Shown one piece after another: positions 47,899 through 59,780 of a stretch of 64,000 nucleotides of DNA. Position numbers and translations under genes: made by a program. The notes beneath the pieces are model-generated. The model saw only the letters and a program-made list of their open reading frames with translations. It had not been told where the DNA came from and ran no database searches. Each line of letters opens with the position of its first letter. Within the stretch, counting starts at the first letter, position 1. The stretch is taken from assembly GCA_903813345.2 (NCBI GenBank), contig CAIIXF020000001.1, positions 4,402,001-4,466,000 on the forward strand, read 5' to 3'. The stretch comes from Owenia fusiformis (lineage: Eukaryota).

Positions 47899-50800
47899 AT
47901 GGGCTCTATGGGGAATCTCCCCGACCTAAAAGTCACATTTTCAAAAATCAAAATTTTTGTCAACAACCACACTACTCCCCTACTGCCATCAGTGGTGGGC
48001 ATCCCTCAGGGGTCCGTGTTGTCTCCGCTTCTCTGTAATCTCTACACGGCAGACTCCATGGACAACATAGGGTCGGAGAAGGCTGGCTTTGCAGATGACA
48101 ACACAATATGGGCATGTGGAGCTGACTTGAAAGAGATAGAGAAACTCATCAACACGGACTTGAATCAATTAACCAACAAATGGTGCAAAAGATGGAACAT
48201 GGAGATCGCCCCTGAAAAAACCGAGGTAATGGTCTTCAGTCCACCTGGTATCACTAGCCCCGATATTAACATCTTTATCGACGGCCGGAAACTCCAGGTG
48301 GTGTCCCACAAGAAGATTCTTGGATGCACCATAGATAACGAACTTAAATTTAATCTACACATCGAAAATAAGAAAAAATCTGCATTCGGTGCTCTTGCGG
48401 GCATAAACAATTTCACTTCCAGCAAATCGGGCTGTAGCCAAGAGGTATTCACCATGCTGTACAAAGCGTTGGTGATACCGCACTTCGAAACCAGCATTAG
48501 TGCTCTGGCTGCAGTTACCGAGAAAGCTGTTTCTGCCTATGCACCAGTCCAGAGGGCAGCACTACTTAGAGCAACCGGATGCCTCAACTCAACTAGCACT
48601 GACTCATTAGAAGTACTGGCTGGTGTACTACCGCTTGATATTTTACTAAGAAGCAGGCAGGCTCAAGAGGGTGTGAGAATAGCTACCCACACTGAGTCAG
48701 ACCCCATTGCCAGGGAATTTTTGAGATGGGGTGGGTCATCTCAAACTGAGAAGACCCCCTCCTGCTTTAATATCATAACAGCCAGACTGAGACTTCATAG
48801 ATGCCCCACACAACCTAACAATTATATACAGCACTATTACCATCACCAGGATGTAGACATCTTCCAACCTACGAAGGCAACCATCCATGACGAAGATTTT
48901 GCCAACACAAAGTCCGCCCAAAGTGTTCGGATAAGCTCAGTGCTTAGTGCACAGCCGGACGGTAGGACTATAGTCTTCACAGACGGGTCAGCCTATGGGA
49001 ATCCTGGTCCTTCGGGAGCTGCTGCAGTGGTTTATGTGGGTGGACTTAAATCTACACCTATATGTCTTGAGCAACCAGTCTCCCTCATAGGTAACAACTA
49101 TTATGGGGAAGTGGTAGCAATAAAGATGGCGGTAGAATATCTGACAACCATAAAGACTAGCAGCAACATCCTGCTCTTGTCAGACTGCCAACCCGCTATA
49201 ACAGCATCTTTTATTACTACCAAGTGTAAAAGCATCACAGAGGACATTATTGACACAAGGAAAGCCTGCAAATTGCTATCTTTACAGAACAAAACCTTAG
49301 AAGTCTACTGGGTCCCAGGTCACCAAGGGACAGAAGGGAATGAAGTTGCGGATAAAACTGCCAAGAAAGCAGCATTGGCAGCCAAATCTCTCACTGACTG
49401 TAAAACATCTAAGTCTGTAGCTTATAATAATATCAAATGTAACGCTTTAGAGAAATGGCAAAATAGGTATAACAACTCCACCAAGGTGAACTTTGTTCAG
49501 GAATTAATTCCTAAGGTTAAATTGAAAAGTCCAATTGTAAAGACAGGAACTAGGTATTATAGAAATAATTGCTTAGGTAAAGTGTTTAACACTATCCTTA
49601 ATAATAGAATTAAATCATTTCTACTCAAAAATAATATATCTAGTAAGTATCAAATTGGCTTCAAGGAAAAAGCGCGTACATCAGATCACATGTTTGTGTT
49701 TCGAACATTAATCGATAAACATTTATCAAACAACTCTAAAGAGCATCTCTATGCTTGTTTCATTGATTTTCAAAAAGCGTTTGACTCGATTTGGCACAGG
49801 GGACTAATATTCAAGCTTTTAAACTCAGGAATTCGTGGTAAAACATTAAAAATCATTGAAAACATGTATGATAATAATAAATTTTGCATCAAAAACAATG
49901 ACCTCGGGAAGAGAACTGTATTCAAAGTAGCAAATATTGGTGTAAAACAAGGTGATCCATTGTCCCCCTGTCTTTTCAATTTATTCCTAAATGACTTACC
50001 CGATACTATTGGCTATAAAAATGACTGTCCATCTATTGGAAAAGAAATTATTAACATGCTTATGTACGCTGATGATATTGTTTTATTCTCGACTTCTAAA
50101 CATGGATTACAAAGGTCTTTAGATTCCTTAAAAGAATATTGTGACAGGTGGAAACTTAATATCAACATAAATAAGACCAAGATAATTAAATTCCAAAAAA
50201 ACGGGCATCTCTGCACTGACTATTTCTCATACGGTAGACTCCAAGTTCAATGTGTACAAGAATACAAGTACCTTGGTGTGATATTTCGAGCATCAGGCAG
50301 CTTTATATCAGCTCAAACACACCTACATGAAAAAGCTAGTAAGGCAATTTTTAAACTTAAAAGATGCCTTCAACAGAGTGATATAAAACCACAGCTTGGG
50401 CTTAAACTGTTTGATCAAATGATAAAACCAATTTGTCTATATGGGGCTGAAATATGGGCCCCTTTCAGTCTTAACAAAGTATCCAGTTCAAACCTAGAAG
50501 AAGCATACTTAAACCAAAACAAATTCCCCTCAGAAAAATTAAACATATCCTTTTCCAAATTCCTACTTGGAGTTGGTAGAAAGGCCACTAATATGGCTGT
50601 TTATGGGGAACTTGGAAGATATCCACTATTTATAGGTATATTTGGCCAAATTCTCAACTTTTTACATCACATTAAAGATACAAAAAATGTTCTAATCAAG
50701 GCAGCTTTTGACTGCTCCAAAGAACTACAAGAAAACTCATGGGTTTCAAACGTAAACAAAATAATTTGCTCTATTAATGAAAATTGCTCTGAATCTGTGG

Positions 50801-51225
50801 ATTCTACAATTGATACCTTAAGATGTACATCATTACTTAAACTAAAATTTGACAGGTACTGGAAGAATAAATTAAACACTGACACTAGGAAAAATGATAA
50901 CGGCAATAAACTACGAACCTACAGAACCCTCAAGAAAGATTTTAAATATGAACATTATTTAAATATAATCGACAGACTTGATATGCGAAGAAACTTTACA
51001 CGTTTGAGAATAAGTGCTCACAACCTCCAAATTGAGCAAGGGAGATATACAAAACCAAAGAAAACCCCAATTGAAGAAAGACTGTGTGTCCATTGCAATA
51101 TTATTGATGATGAAGAACATTTTATGATGAAGTGTAAAAAATATCAAAATGAAAGATTATTACTTCAAACTGAATTATCTGATACGGCAAAAGCACAAAC
51201 AAGAATCAATTTATATACCTCTTAA
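47899..51225 (+). pseudogene. Chimeric 1108-aa ORF: MITE-derived start + partial RT/RNase H of LINE A + RT/CCHC of LINE B
   Basis: The ORF track shows one open frame with two RT catalytic motifs (FADD, YADD) and no endonuclease; its first 20 codons lie inside the MITE. Confidence 0.7.
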
Positions 51226-51498
51226 CTTGTATAAATCAAGATTGCATCAAGGTTGCAAAATATATAAGTGATGCCTTCCGAATTTTAGAAAGCAATACTT
51301 AATTTAGAAAGGCTAATTCCTGCTGCGCAAAAAAGCATTTTGTAGTAATACATATTTTACATTTTACAGTATTAAGCATATATTATATGTAGTATATAGT
51401 AGTCTAGTGTTAAATCATATATATTCTTTTTGTGTACTGCACTTTCTTGTACCTGACCCTCAGGGGTGTGAATGTACTCAATAAATATTCTATTCTAT
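49564..51498 (+). mobile_element. 5'-truncated non-LTR retrotransposon B (RTE-X-like) inserted in frame into element A
   Basis: CLGKVFNTILNNR, QIGF, FIDFQKAFDS, GVKQGDPLSP, YADD, YKYLG, YGELGRYPL, LRISAHNLQIEQGRY, CVHC..DEEHF..KC; terminal frameshift near 51195; AATAAA plus ATTCTATTCTAT tail at 51480-51498. The 5' boundary is approximate. Confidence 0.8.
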
Positions 51499-51580
51499 GT
51501 AACCAAATTATTTCTGCTGGGCACACCCGTTTACATGGCCATTACCATAGAATTAACCCCGATATTTTATCTCCCAACTG

Positions 51581-52368
51581 CAGGCCTGTCAACTGTCCCG
51601 CAATTTGCGTATTTGTCACGCATTTGCTGAAGAATTTGAAGTCACGCCAGTTTTTTTTGCGTGACAGAAAATGTCACGCAAAATACGCATTTTACCTGGT
51701 AATTGTCAAGCAAAAATATTTCTGTAGAAATTTTTTCGAAATATGTTTACGATACGGTAAAAATACGAACGCCGGAAAAAACCGAACGCAATTTGTTCGG
51801 ATTTGTCACGCGAATCCCGTATGTGTCACGCATGTTCATTGGAAATTTTTCGTACCTACCCCCCCCCCCCCCCCCCCCCCCCCCCCGTTGACGACAGCGC
51901 GAGTGTTGCGAGCGCGAAAAATTTGAGGTGTTCAAAGTTTGGCAAAGGTGCTCAAACTTTGGCCAAAGGTGTTTAAAAGTTGGCCAAAGGTGTTCAAAAT
52001 TTGGACAAAAGTGTTCAGATTTGGACTTAGGTGTCCAACATTTTGAAGTCACTCATATTAGGTGGTCCCAAGTTGACAGCCCTGCAACTGCAGGCCTGTC
52101 AACTGTCCCGCAATTTGCGTATTTGTCACGCATTTGCTGAAGAATTTGAAGTCACGCCAGTTTTTTTTGCGTGACAGAAAATGTCACGCAAACTACGCAT
52201 TTTACCTGGTAATTGTCAAGCAAAAATATTTCTGTAGAAATTTTTTCGAAATATGTTTACGATACGGTAAAAATACGAACGCCGGAAAAAAACCGAACGC
52301 AATTTGTTCGGATTTGTCACGCGAATCCCGTATGTGTCACGCATGTTCATTGGAAATTTTTCGTACCT

Positions 52369-52420
<52 letters not shown>

Positions 52421-52617
52421 TTGACGACATCGCGAGCGTAGCGAGCGCGAAAAATTTGAGGTGTTCAAAGTTTGGCAAAGGTGCACAAACTTTGGCCAAA
52501 GGTGTTTAAAAGTTGGCCAAAGGTGTTCAAAATTTGGACAAAAGTGTTCAGATTTGGACTTAGGTGTCCAACATTTTGAAGTCACTCATATTAGGTGGTC
52601 CCAAGTTGACAGCCCTG
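51581..52617. mobile_element. Two head-to-tail copies (51581-52084, 52091-52617) of a ~510-bp TIR element with a 6-bp TSD and internal poly-C
   Basis: TIRs CAGGCCTGTCAACT / AGTTGACAGCCCTG; CAACTG at 51575-51580, 52085-52090 and 52618-52623; C28 (51859-51886) and C50 (52370-52419); internal ~22-bp repeats. CAG termini are hAT-like. Confidence 0.85.
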
Positions 52618-53945
52618 CAACTGTGACCACTGTAACATACCAGAGACAGTTGAACATTACATCTTTGCTTGCTCTAAGTTCCAGGAAGAGAGGGAGATTC
52701 TATTGGCCAAAGTGCAACAGATACTACTAGGAGCTAAATACAATCCAGCTCTGGACCTACAAACAATCACAGGACTCAACACAAGCCTGGACCATAAGTT
52801 AAATAAAGAAATTATGAAATGCCTGCAGGCATTTATACAGAAATCCAAGAGATTTTAATAACTTATTTTTAACTCGAGTGAGATAGTGACTCTATTTAAC
52901 ATCTCATTTTAATGGAAAAACACTTGCATTTTAGACTACGTTAGATAACAAGTTTTAGCGCTCTCTCTCCCAACAGAAGTAAAATAAGCACAATTAAGTG
53001 AAAAGTACAAGTGATATTTTTAGTACATGAGTTTTAAAAACAGCAACAAGTGATCAAAGGCAGCATAATAATGCCAAAGTGATCCCGGAACACCTTATAA
53101 GGAACACTGAAAAGGACTAAGAAGAAGAAGAAGAAATTTTCAAAGTTGATAAACTCTTTTTAAAACCACATTTTTAGATGCAATTCCACATGCAGATTCC
53201 AAATATGACATCAGTTTGACTGAATGTTGAATTTTTAATGACGTAAATTAAGATTATTTCTACTCGCATCTGGGATATTAGATCAGAACATGCCTGCCCC
53301 GCAGATCCACCATTGTAATTTGCACAAGTTTTGGGACAACGTATCAGTAGTAAGTATCAGTCATGTGAAAAGTTGAAGTACAATAATTTGAACTTTGAAA
53401 CTTGAAAAATGAATATTCTGAAAGTGAAATGCTTGTAAACAATTAATATATGATTAACATATTCAATTATTGAGTGAAGATATTTCGTGACTTCAAACAC
53501 CGAATATTTAGTGACATGTATATCGCCATCTTTATTTAACCGGAAGTGCAGAAAATTGAAAAATGGATCAACCGAGAGAAAAGGAGCAACTGTTAGCGTT
53601 AAAAGGTAATATATTTACTTTATACTTCTGCAAATACAAAATAAGATATACAGTTTTCATTTCAGCGATATTTGCGTGTATCAACTTGACGGAAACACTA
53701 GCAATGACGTTGAAGAACTTGATCTATAATTTTTCATTTTTAAAATTTTTTCATTCGATTCAATTTACATTCACAGATGCCACCGAGATCGTATTTATAG
53801 TTGGCCAGTCTCAATAAATAAAGCTCAAGAATAGACATCGAATGGAAAAAATCACTGGAAAAAATGACAACCCTTCATAACCTCCCTCAAACTCATGGGG
53901 AGTAAGTCACCCCTCCCTCTTATATTCTGTCAACTATGTAATGAC

Positions 53946-54833
53946 CAAAGTGAACACCATTGATCTCTATATTGGAAGCAAATGTGAATTGGGTTACTTG
54001 TCAGAACCCTCCATTTTTGGAACATTGAGTTTTTGCTGTTTTGCACTGATATTTCTTAGCCTAGATGACGGGAATACACAAATGGTTTAAAAAAAGTAAA
54101 CGTTTTACCTGAAATGTCAAAATACTGCTGAAATCTTTAGAAATGTGGTGATTTTGACTGTTCAATTTCACCTGTGGACATCTCGCAAATTCTCGTGTAA
54201 AATCTCCGGAATTCTGGGGAATCCCCGTTTCGGTGATGCAATCTGGGAGAATAATACAAGATGGCTTTTGCGGCAGATTTGCAAAATCCAGAGGTTGATC
54301 TATTTTCTCTTACCAAAAAGTTGCGCTTTGTCTGCTCTTAATCCAACATTTCAACGAGTTCTTACACCAAACATTCTGACATTATTTCAATTTTTTTCTA
54401 AACGACCATTTGTCACTTGAGGCAATCTGCGCGAGATTCCATTTTTTGGTTCGGTTTTTGGCGCATGCATATTAAATCCAGCAATTCAATTGGTCAAATA
54501 TCCCACTGTTTACATTAGAATATCAGATCTCTCCATTTTTGCAATCCGTGTGCGCATGCAGATTTCAGTAAAGTTTCTAAAAACCAATCACAAATTTGAT
54601 CAAAATTTGCATTTTTCACCCATATATCGAGTCAAATCAGGTATTTATGATACTTTTTAGTCTTCTAGATGTCTCAAGCACATATTCATGCGAAAATTTG
54701 TAAGATAGCATTCAATGTTGAAGCGAAATACTGGATTGAATATATACCGGAAATAATTTTCAATTTTTTTAGGTTTTTATTAACCTCACTTGATGCTTTT
54801 AATAAGAGAGATCAATAGATGGTGTTCACTGTG
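53946..54833. mobile_element. Non-autonomous TIR element with an 8-bp TSD (P-element- or hAT-like) inserted in the LTR end
   Basis: CAAAGTGAACACCAT... / ...ATGGTGTTCACTGTG; GTAATGAC at 53938-53945 and 54834-54841. Confidence 0.75.
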
Positions 54834-54928
54834 GTAATGACCCAAGGGCGCCCCAGGGGAATGACTAACTAACGAGCATTATGTAACAAGCCGGATAAAG
54901 AAGTTGAAAGAAAGTGTGCTAAATTCAA

Positions 54929-55000
54929 TGCCCAGTGTGGGAACCAAACCTAGGACCCTTGGATCCAAAGACTGATGCTCTACTTACTGAGCTATAAAGG
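54929..55000 (-). pseudogene. tRNA-derived sequence (not a functional tRNA)
   Basis: CCTTTATAGCTCAGTAAGTAGAGCATCAGTCTTTGGATCCAAGGGTCCTAGGTTTGGTTCCCACACTGGGCA: A-box/D-arm present, degenerate B-box, poor acceptor and anticodon stems. Confidence 0.65.
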
Positions 55001-55349
55001 CTAAGCCACTACAGCTGGGCGGTAGTAGCAACTTCAGATCAAGGGTCGTTACAACTATATTAGTATTAGCCTATTTTGATATAGAGAAAAACTAAGTGAT
55101 ACCTCTCTTTTCTGCAACAGATCTCACAAATCCTGTTTAGCCTATTAGCCCTATTTCTTCATCTTTCTAATTGCAATTTGTTTGGCTCTTTTAACCTGGG
55201 TATGAACGCTAAATTTTAACTGTGGGGAATGTAATTTTTGTCTGCTAAATCGAGTACACCAAATATCCCACAAATCTCACTGTTTTTCTGATGTCACAAT
55301 TCCAAGAAATGGTCAAAACAATGGAAACATCTTCAGATTTGGTGTAGTA

Positions 55350-55994
55350 CAAGGGCCGATCAAAAAGTTTCTTACCGTTGGCTCTCAATTTTATAATAAG
55401 AGGAGTTGGAAGCTCAAACTTTAACATGAGACAGGATAGTTAGTTTGCTTGAAACTGTACGAGTTTCATATAAATTGGTTTATTGGTAGTGACACAAAAT
55501 CAATTCATATTTTCAATGACAAAGTTAGGTGGAGCAGCGTTATATATAAAATATCTGCTGAGTTGTGGTTCTGGAAATTTACCGACATTCTTTCAAACCT
55601 CTCATACGAAAGGTCTTAAACATGTGTTTTGGGATCGAGTGGATATAGGAAGTGCATTGCAACTGGGGTTGAATATTTTGAATGAGAATGAATATTAGCA
55701 GAAAAACTAATTAAACATGATTAAACTACAGTCTGTTGACAGATGACTCTACTTAGTGTTAGAAATTTCCAAAACTGCAGCTTAGCACAATTTTTTACAA
55801 AAAACCCTGCTCCACCTAATTCAATCATTAAAAATATGTATTGACTCTGTGTCACTACCAATGAACCAATTTAAATGAAACTCACACAGTCTCAAGCAAA
55901 CTTACTACCCTGTCTTATGTAAAAGTTTGAGCATCCAACTCCTCTTATTATAAAATCTAGAGCCAACGGTAAGAAACTTTTTGATCAGCCCTTG
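55350..55994. mobile_element. Tc1/mariner-like MITE with long TIRs
   Basis: TA|CAAGGGCCGATCAAAAAGTTTCTTACCGTTGGCTCT ... AGAGCCAACGGTAAGAAACTTTTTGATCAGCCCTTG|TA; inverted arms about 190 bp. Confidence 0.8.
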
Positions 55995-57059
55995 TAATGG
56001 AGGATGGAATTACCTTATTTTTGACTTTTAAAAACATAAGAATGTTTGAATAACCTTTGTTTGTGCTTATGGAGATACAGAGTAACAAGATGCTTCGAAT
56101 AAGGTATGAATCGTCAGATACTTAAGTAATAGCTGAACAATCGTGAAATGAAAAATAGAAAAAGACCTTGATGTCTCATCCTGATGTATTATCATATAGG
56201 TACTGATACTACTACATATAATCGTGCTGGCATTTATGGATTCATTTAACCTTTTTATTTATAAGTTTCACAGGAAGTTATTTACACAGGTTCTATGTGG
56301 TTTCAGTTGCTTACGGTGAACGTTCCAGTTGATTTTTCGGACTACTTTGATCATGAAAAATAAGACTTTAGCCAGAGAATGATACTGTCACTTACCTTCC
56401 AGAAGTTTGTAAAACATTCAACCTAACAGCACATTAACATTGTTGCGTCAACCATTTAGCATAAGCACAATATCAAAGAGTTAAAAAATGAAATGTAAAA
56501 CATACTTACTTCTTCATAAATACCAGAAGTTTTGATATGCTTTGTTTTGAGCATGCATGTTGTACACGTTAGTCATTTTAAACTTTATTTTCATATGTAG
56601 ATGGCATTGCGATCTTTGGTTGTATTTTAGTCAAATCATACCAATCATTCAGGCATTTAGACACGAATTGTCTGTTTGAGTCTGAATTATGCACAGTGAA
56701 TTAAATATAGATCAAACTACCCTACCTCGATCGCGCATGCACGAATTTTTGGACTTTCAACCAGGTCACTTTTGAGTATATCGACTGCTTAGTCAAAAGG
56801 TAATATGTTTGGTGCTTGGAGTGAGTCAATATTGCTATTCGCTGAACTTCAGTGGTGCAATAGTGAAGTCCATGTTCCAAGTTATATGATAGTTGAAGAA
56901 AGAATGTAAATAATATCGTTTTAAATTTTAAAATATTTGATATGTCATAGACATGGATCACAGTTACAAACTATGTCCCATATCTCATGTACATTTACAT
57001 TGCAAACAGTGAAAATAATGCTAAAAAGGCCACCTGTTGATGCTTTGAGGTGTAATCAA

Positions 57060-57826
57060 TTGTTATTTAATCCAAATAAAGTAAGGCTTATGCCTTATGG
57101 GTGTAGGACCTCTGCTCTAGAAGGAATTTTCAATATGGCCACTGAATTCAAAATGGCCGCCATTTTTCGTAAAAAATGTAATCTTTAATAACTCAAATAC
57201 TATTTTGCGGATTTGGTTCAAATTTTATATGCTGATGCCTAGGGACAAAGGAGTTTCGCAAAAAAAGAGATTTTCAAGATGGCCACTTAATTTCAAAATG
57301 GCGGCCGTTTTTCGTAAAAATATGTAATCCTTGATAACTCAAATACCAGTGAACGGATTTAGTTCAAATTTTATATGATGATGCTTAGGGACACAGTAGC
57401 TATGTTCAACAAAACATTTTCAAGATGGCCACTTAATTTCAAAATGGCGGCCATTTTTCATAAAAATCGTAATCTTTGATAACTCAAATACCAGTGAACA
57501 GATTTGGTTGAAATTTTATATGCTTATGCCTAGGGACACAGTAGCTCTGTTCAAGAAATAATTTTTAAGATGGCAGCTGAATTTTAAGATGGCGGCCCAT
57601 ATTCGTAAAAAACGTAATCTTTGATAACTCATATACCAGTGAACGGATTTGGTTCAAATTTAAAATGATGATTCCTAGTTCACAATGGTATAAACTAACT
57701 TTGTGCCAAATTTCATGCTTCTATCACAAAGTGCACAAACATTTCAACATTTACACTAGCTATAATAAGCATAATATGTTTTGTTCGGTGGGATTTGCTA
57801 CTCCGTGGAGTTGCTGTTTTTCTAGT
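57060..57826 (+). mobile_element. Partial Helentron/HINE-like element with a tandem array of ~120-bp units
   Basis: Four to five units with AAGATGGCCACT..TCAAAATGGCGGCC and ATAACTCAAATACC; 3' end GTTCGGTGGGAT plus hairpin GCTACTCCGTGGAGTTGC, resembling the ends at 18085-18126 and 59737-59780. Confidence 0.6.
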
Positions 57827-58577
57827 TAAAATTGCCTGAACTACATGTGAAGAATCTTTCTATATAACCCCTTGAATGGTCTAATTCACTACCATCCTCA
57901 AAAACCGATCATTTAAAATGTTTTGTTCAAAATACTATCATGCCACGACTTGAGAGCATTTTGTTCTTCACGATTTGCTGTAGCGCTGATATGACGTCGT
58001 ATATCTCTATTATTGTAAAAAATCAATACCAGATCGATATAGTCTTATATGACGTGTTGAATGTCAGATGTTTTTGGATGGTATCTGCTCCAGTGTTTTG
58101 CATTTAATCATGAAACGCTCATCACAAGACACCTCGAAACAAACATTATCCTCTTTGTGACAAGAGGAAAAATGTTTGAATTTGAATTTGAATTTTTGAC
58201 CTACCAGGTGTTTGAAAATCAAGGACTGCGAGTCTTATACTGCACCATTTTTTTCAAACTTGTTCCATTCAAAGCAAAACAAAATTGCCTTTCTGTTGGT
58301 ACATTGCTTTATTGTAAAGAGTCCCTCGTTTTAGCAGCGTTTGGTCCCCAGTTGTGATAAGCCCTTCTCACAGCTGGGGACCCAAATGCCGCTAATATTA
58401 GGGACTAATAATAATAAACCAACAGAAAGGCATGTATAGATGTCACTGGTGTATAAATAGAATAAGCAGCGTATGAAATAAAATGAAGGATCTAAAGCTA
58501 TGTCTTCATTTAGCAATAAGCTTCATTTGTATGTGTTGTAGAATTCACCAAAATTGACTCTTCTTTTACTCTTCATA

Positions 58578-59780
58578 ATTATCCCATCGAACGAAGTTCG
58601 GAGGGATATAGGGAACGCCTCCGTCCGTCCGTCCGTCCGTCCGTACGTCCGTACGTACGTACGTCCGTACGTCCGTCCGTCTGTCCGTCCGGGCAATAAC
58701 TCAAATACCGTTAGCCCGATTTTGTTCATATTTTGTACACATATACCCTATGGGGGTAGAAGTTCTGCTCGAAAGCCGATTTTCAAAATGGCCGCTCATT
58801 TCAAAATGGCGGCCATTTTAGTGCCGATTTTACAGTAATTTAGGTGTAATATGTAAAACTGTAATAGCAATATGTTTTAAATGTAAAAAAATTATAAAGG
58901 ACATTAATAATGCTACAAATGTAGATATTAAAGAAGCACATGGCAGCCATCTTGAAAAATGGCGGCCTTTACTCATCATTTTACGATTTTTGCTATAACT
59001 CAAAAAATAGTGGAGCGATTTTGTTCATATTTGGTATGTGAATACTATAAGCATTGCACACTGTCTAAAGACACTTTTGGTAGAAGGCGGCCGTTTTGAA
59101 AAAATTTTTGAAAAATGGCCACCATTTTAATGTATTTTACTATAACTCGAAAAAGTAGTGGAGCGATTTTGTTCATATTTGGTATGTGAATACTATAAGC
59201 ATGGCACACTGTCCTATGACACTTTTGGTAGAAGGCGGCCATTTTGAAAAATTTTTTGAAAAATGGCCGTCATTTTAATGAATTTTACTATAACTCGAAA
59301 AGTAGTGGAGTGATTTTGTTCATATTTAGTATGTGAATACTATAAGCATGGCACACTGTCTATTTCTAATGACATTTTTGGTAGACAGTGGCCATTTTGA
59401 AAAATGGCTGCCATTTTAACGTATTTTACTATAACTCGAAAAGTAGTGGAGCGATTTTGTTCATATTTGATATGTGAATACTTTAAGCATGGCACATTGT
59501 CTAATAAAACTTTGGGGAGTAGTCGGCCATTTTGAAAAATGGCCACCATTTTTATGTGTGTTATTTTACAAGTACGTGTGCGATTTTTCAAAAATTTTAG
59601 AGGTGGCTACTTAAAAGCACATTATTTCTTCTGATGACAACTTGGCTAGTGAGCAACCATTTTGAAAATGGTGGCCTTTCTGGTGTGTTGTTTTATGATA
59701 TTTGCTATTCGTTTGTAAAAATGCCAGCCATTTCTGTTCGATGGGATTCGCTACGCTTTGGCGTTGCCGTTGTTCTGGTT
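58578..59780 (+). mobile_element. Helentron/HINE-like non-autonomous element, copy 2 (more internal repeat units)
   Basis: Same 5' end, (CCGT/ACGT)n tract, tandem units and 3' hairpin as 17323-18126. Confidence 0.75.

Larger units (their letters stand above)
47958..53133 (+). mobile_element. 5'-truncated non-LTR retrotransposon A (I-group/Nimb-like: RT C-half, RNase H, CCHC), interrupted twice
   Basis: GIPQGSVLSP and FADD; RNase H motifs VFTDGS, LLSDCQ, WVPGHQGTEGNEVAD. Resumes at about 51499 (GHTRL...SPNC) and 52624 (DHCNIPETVEHYIFAC...SKRF*, stop at 52858). (GAA)n tail at 53119-53135; 7-bp TSD. Confidence 0.85.
47664..53272. mobile_element. MITE (same family as 22243-22668) split by a LINE insertion
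   Basis: Left part 47664-47957 and right part 53134-53272 join to rebuild the 22243-22668 element in reverse orientation; AAATTTT duplicated at 47951-47957 and 53134-53140. Confidence 0.8.
53937..55053 (-). mobile_element. Short solo LTR (about 221 bp after removing the insert) containing a tRNA-like sequence; Helenus-type TRIM candidate
   Basis: TGTAATGACCC...GGGTCGTTACA termini; ACTA at 53933-53936 and 55054-55057; tRNA-like segment at 54929-55000 on the minus strand. Confidence 0.6.

Noticed and set aside
51432-52730. Poly-Pro and poly-Gly ORFs
   Set aside because: Translations of the poly-C tracts within the tandem TIR elements.
54929-55000. Possible tRNA gene
   Set aside because: Acceptor and anticodon stems pair poorly and the B-box is degenerate; it lies inside an LTR-like element.
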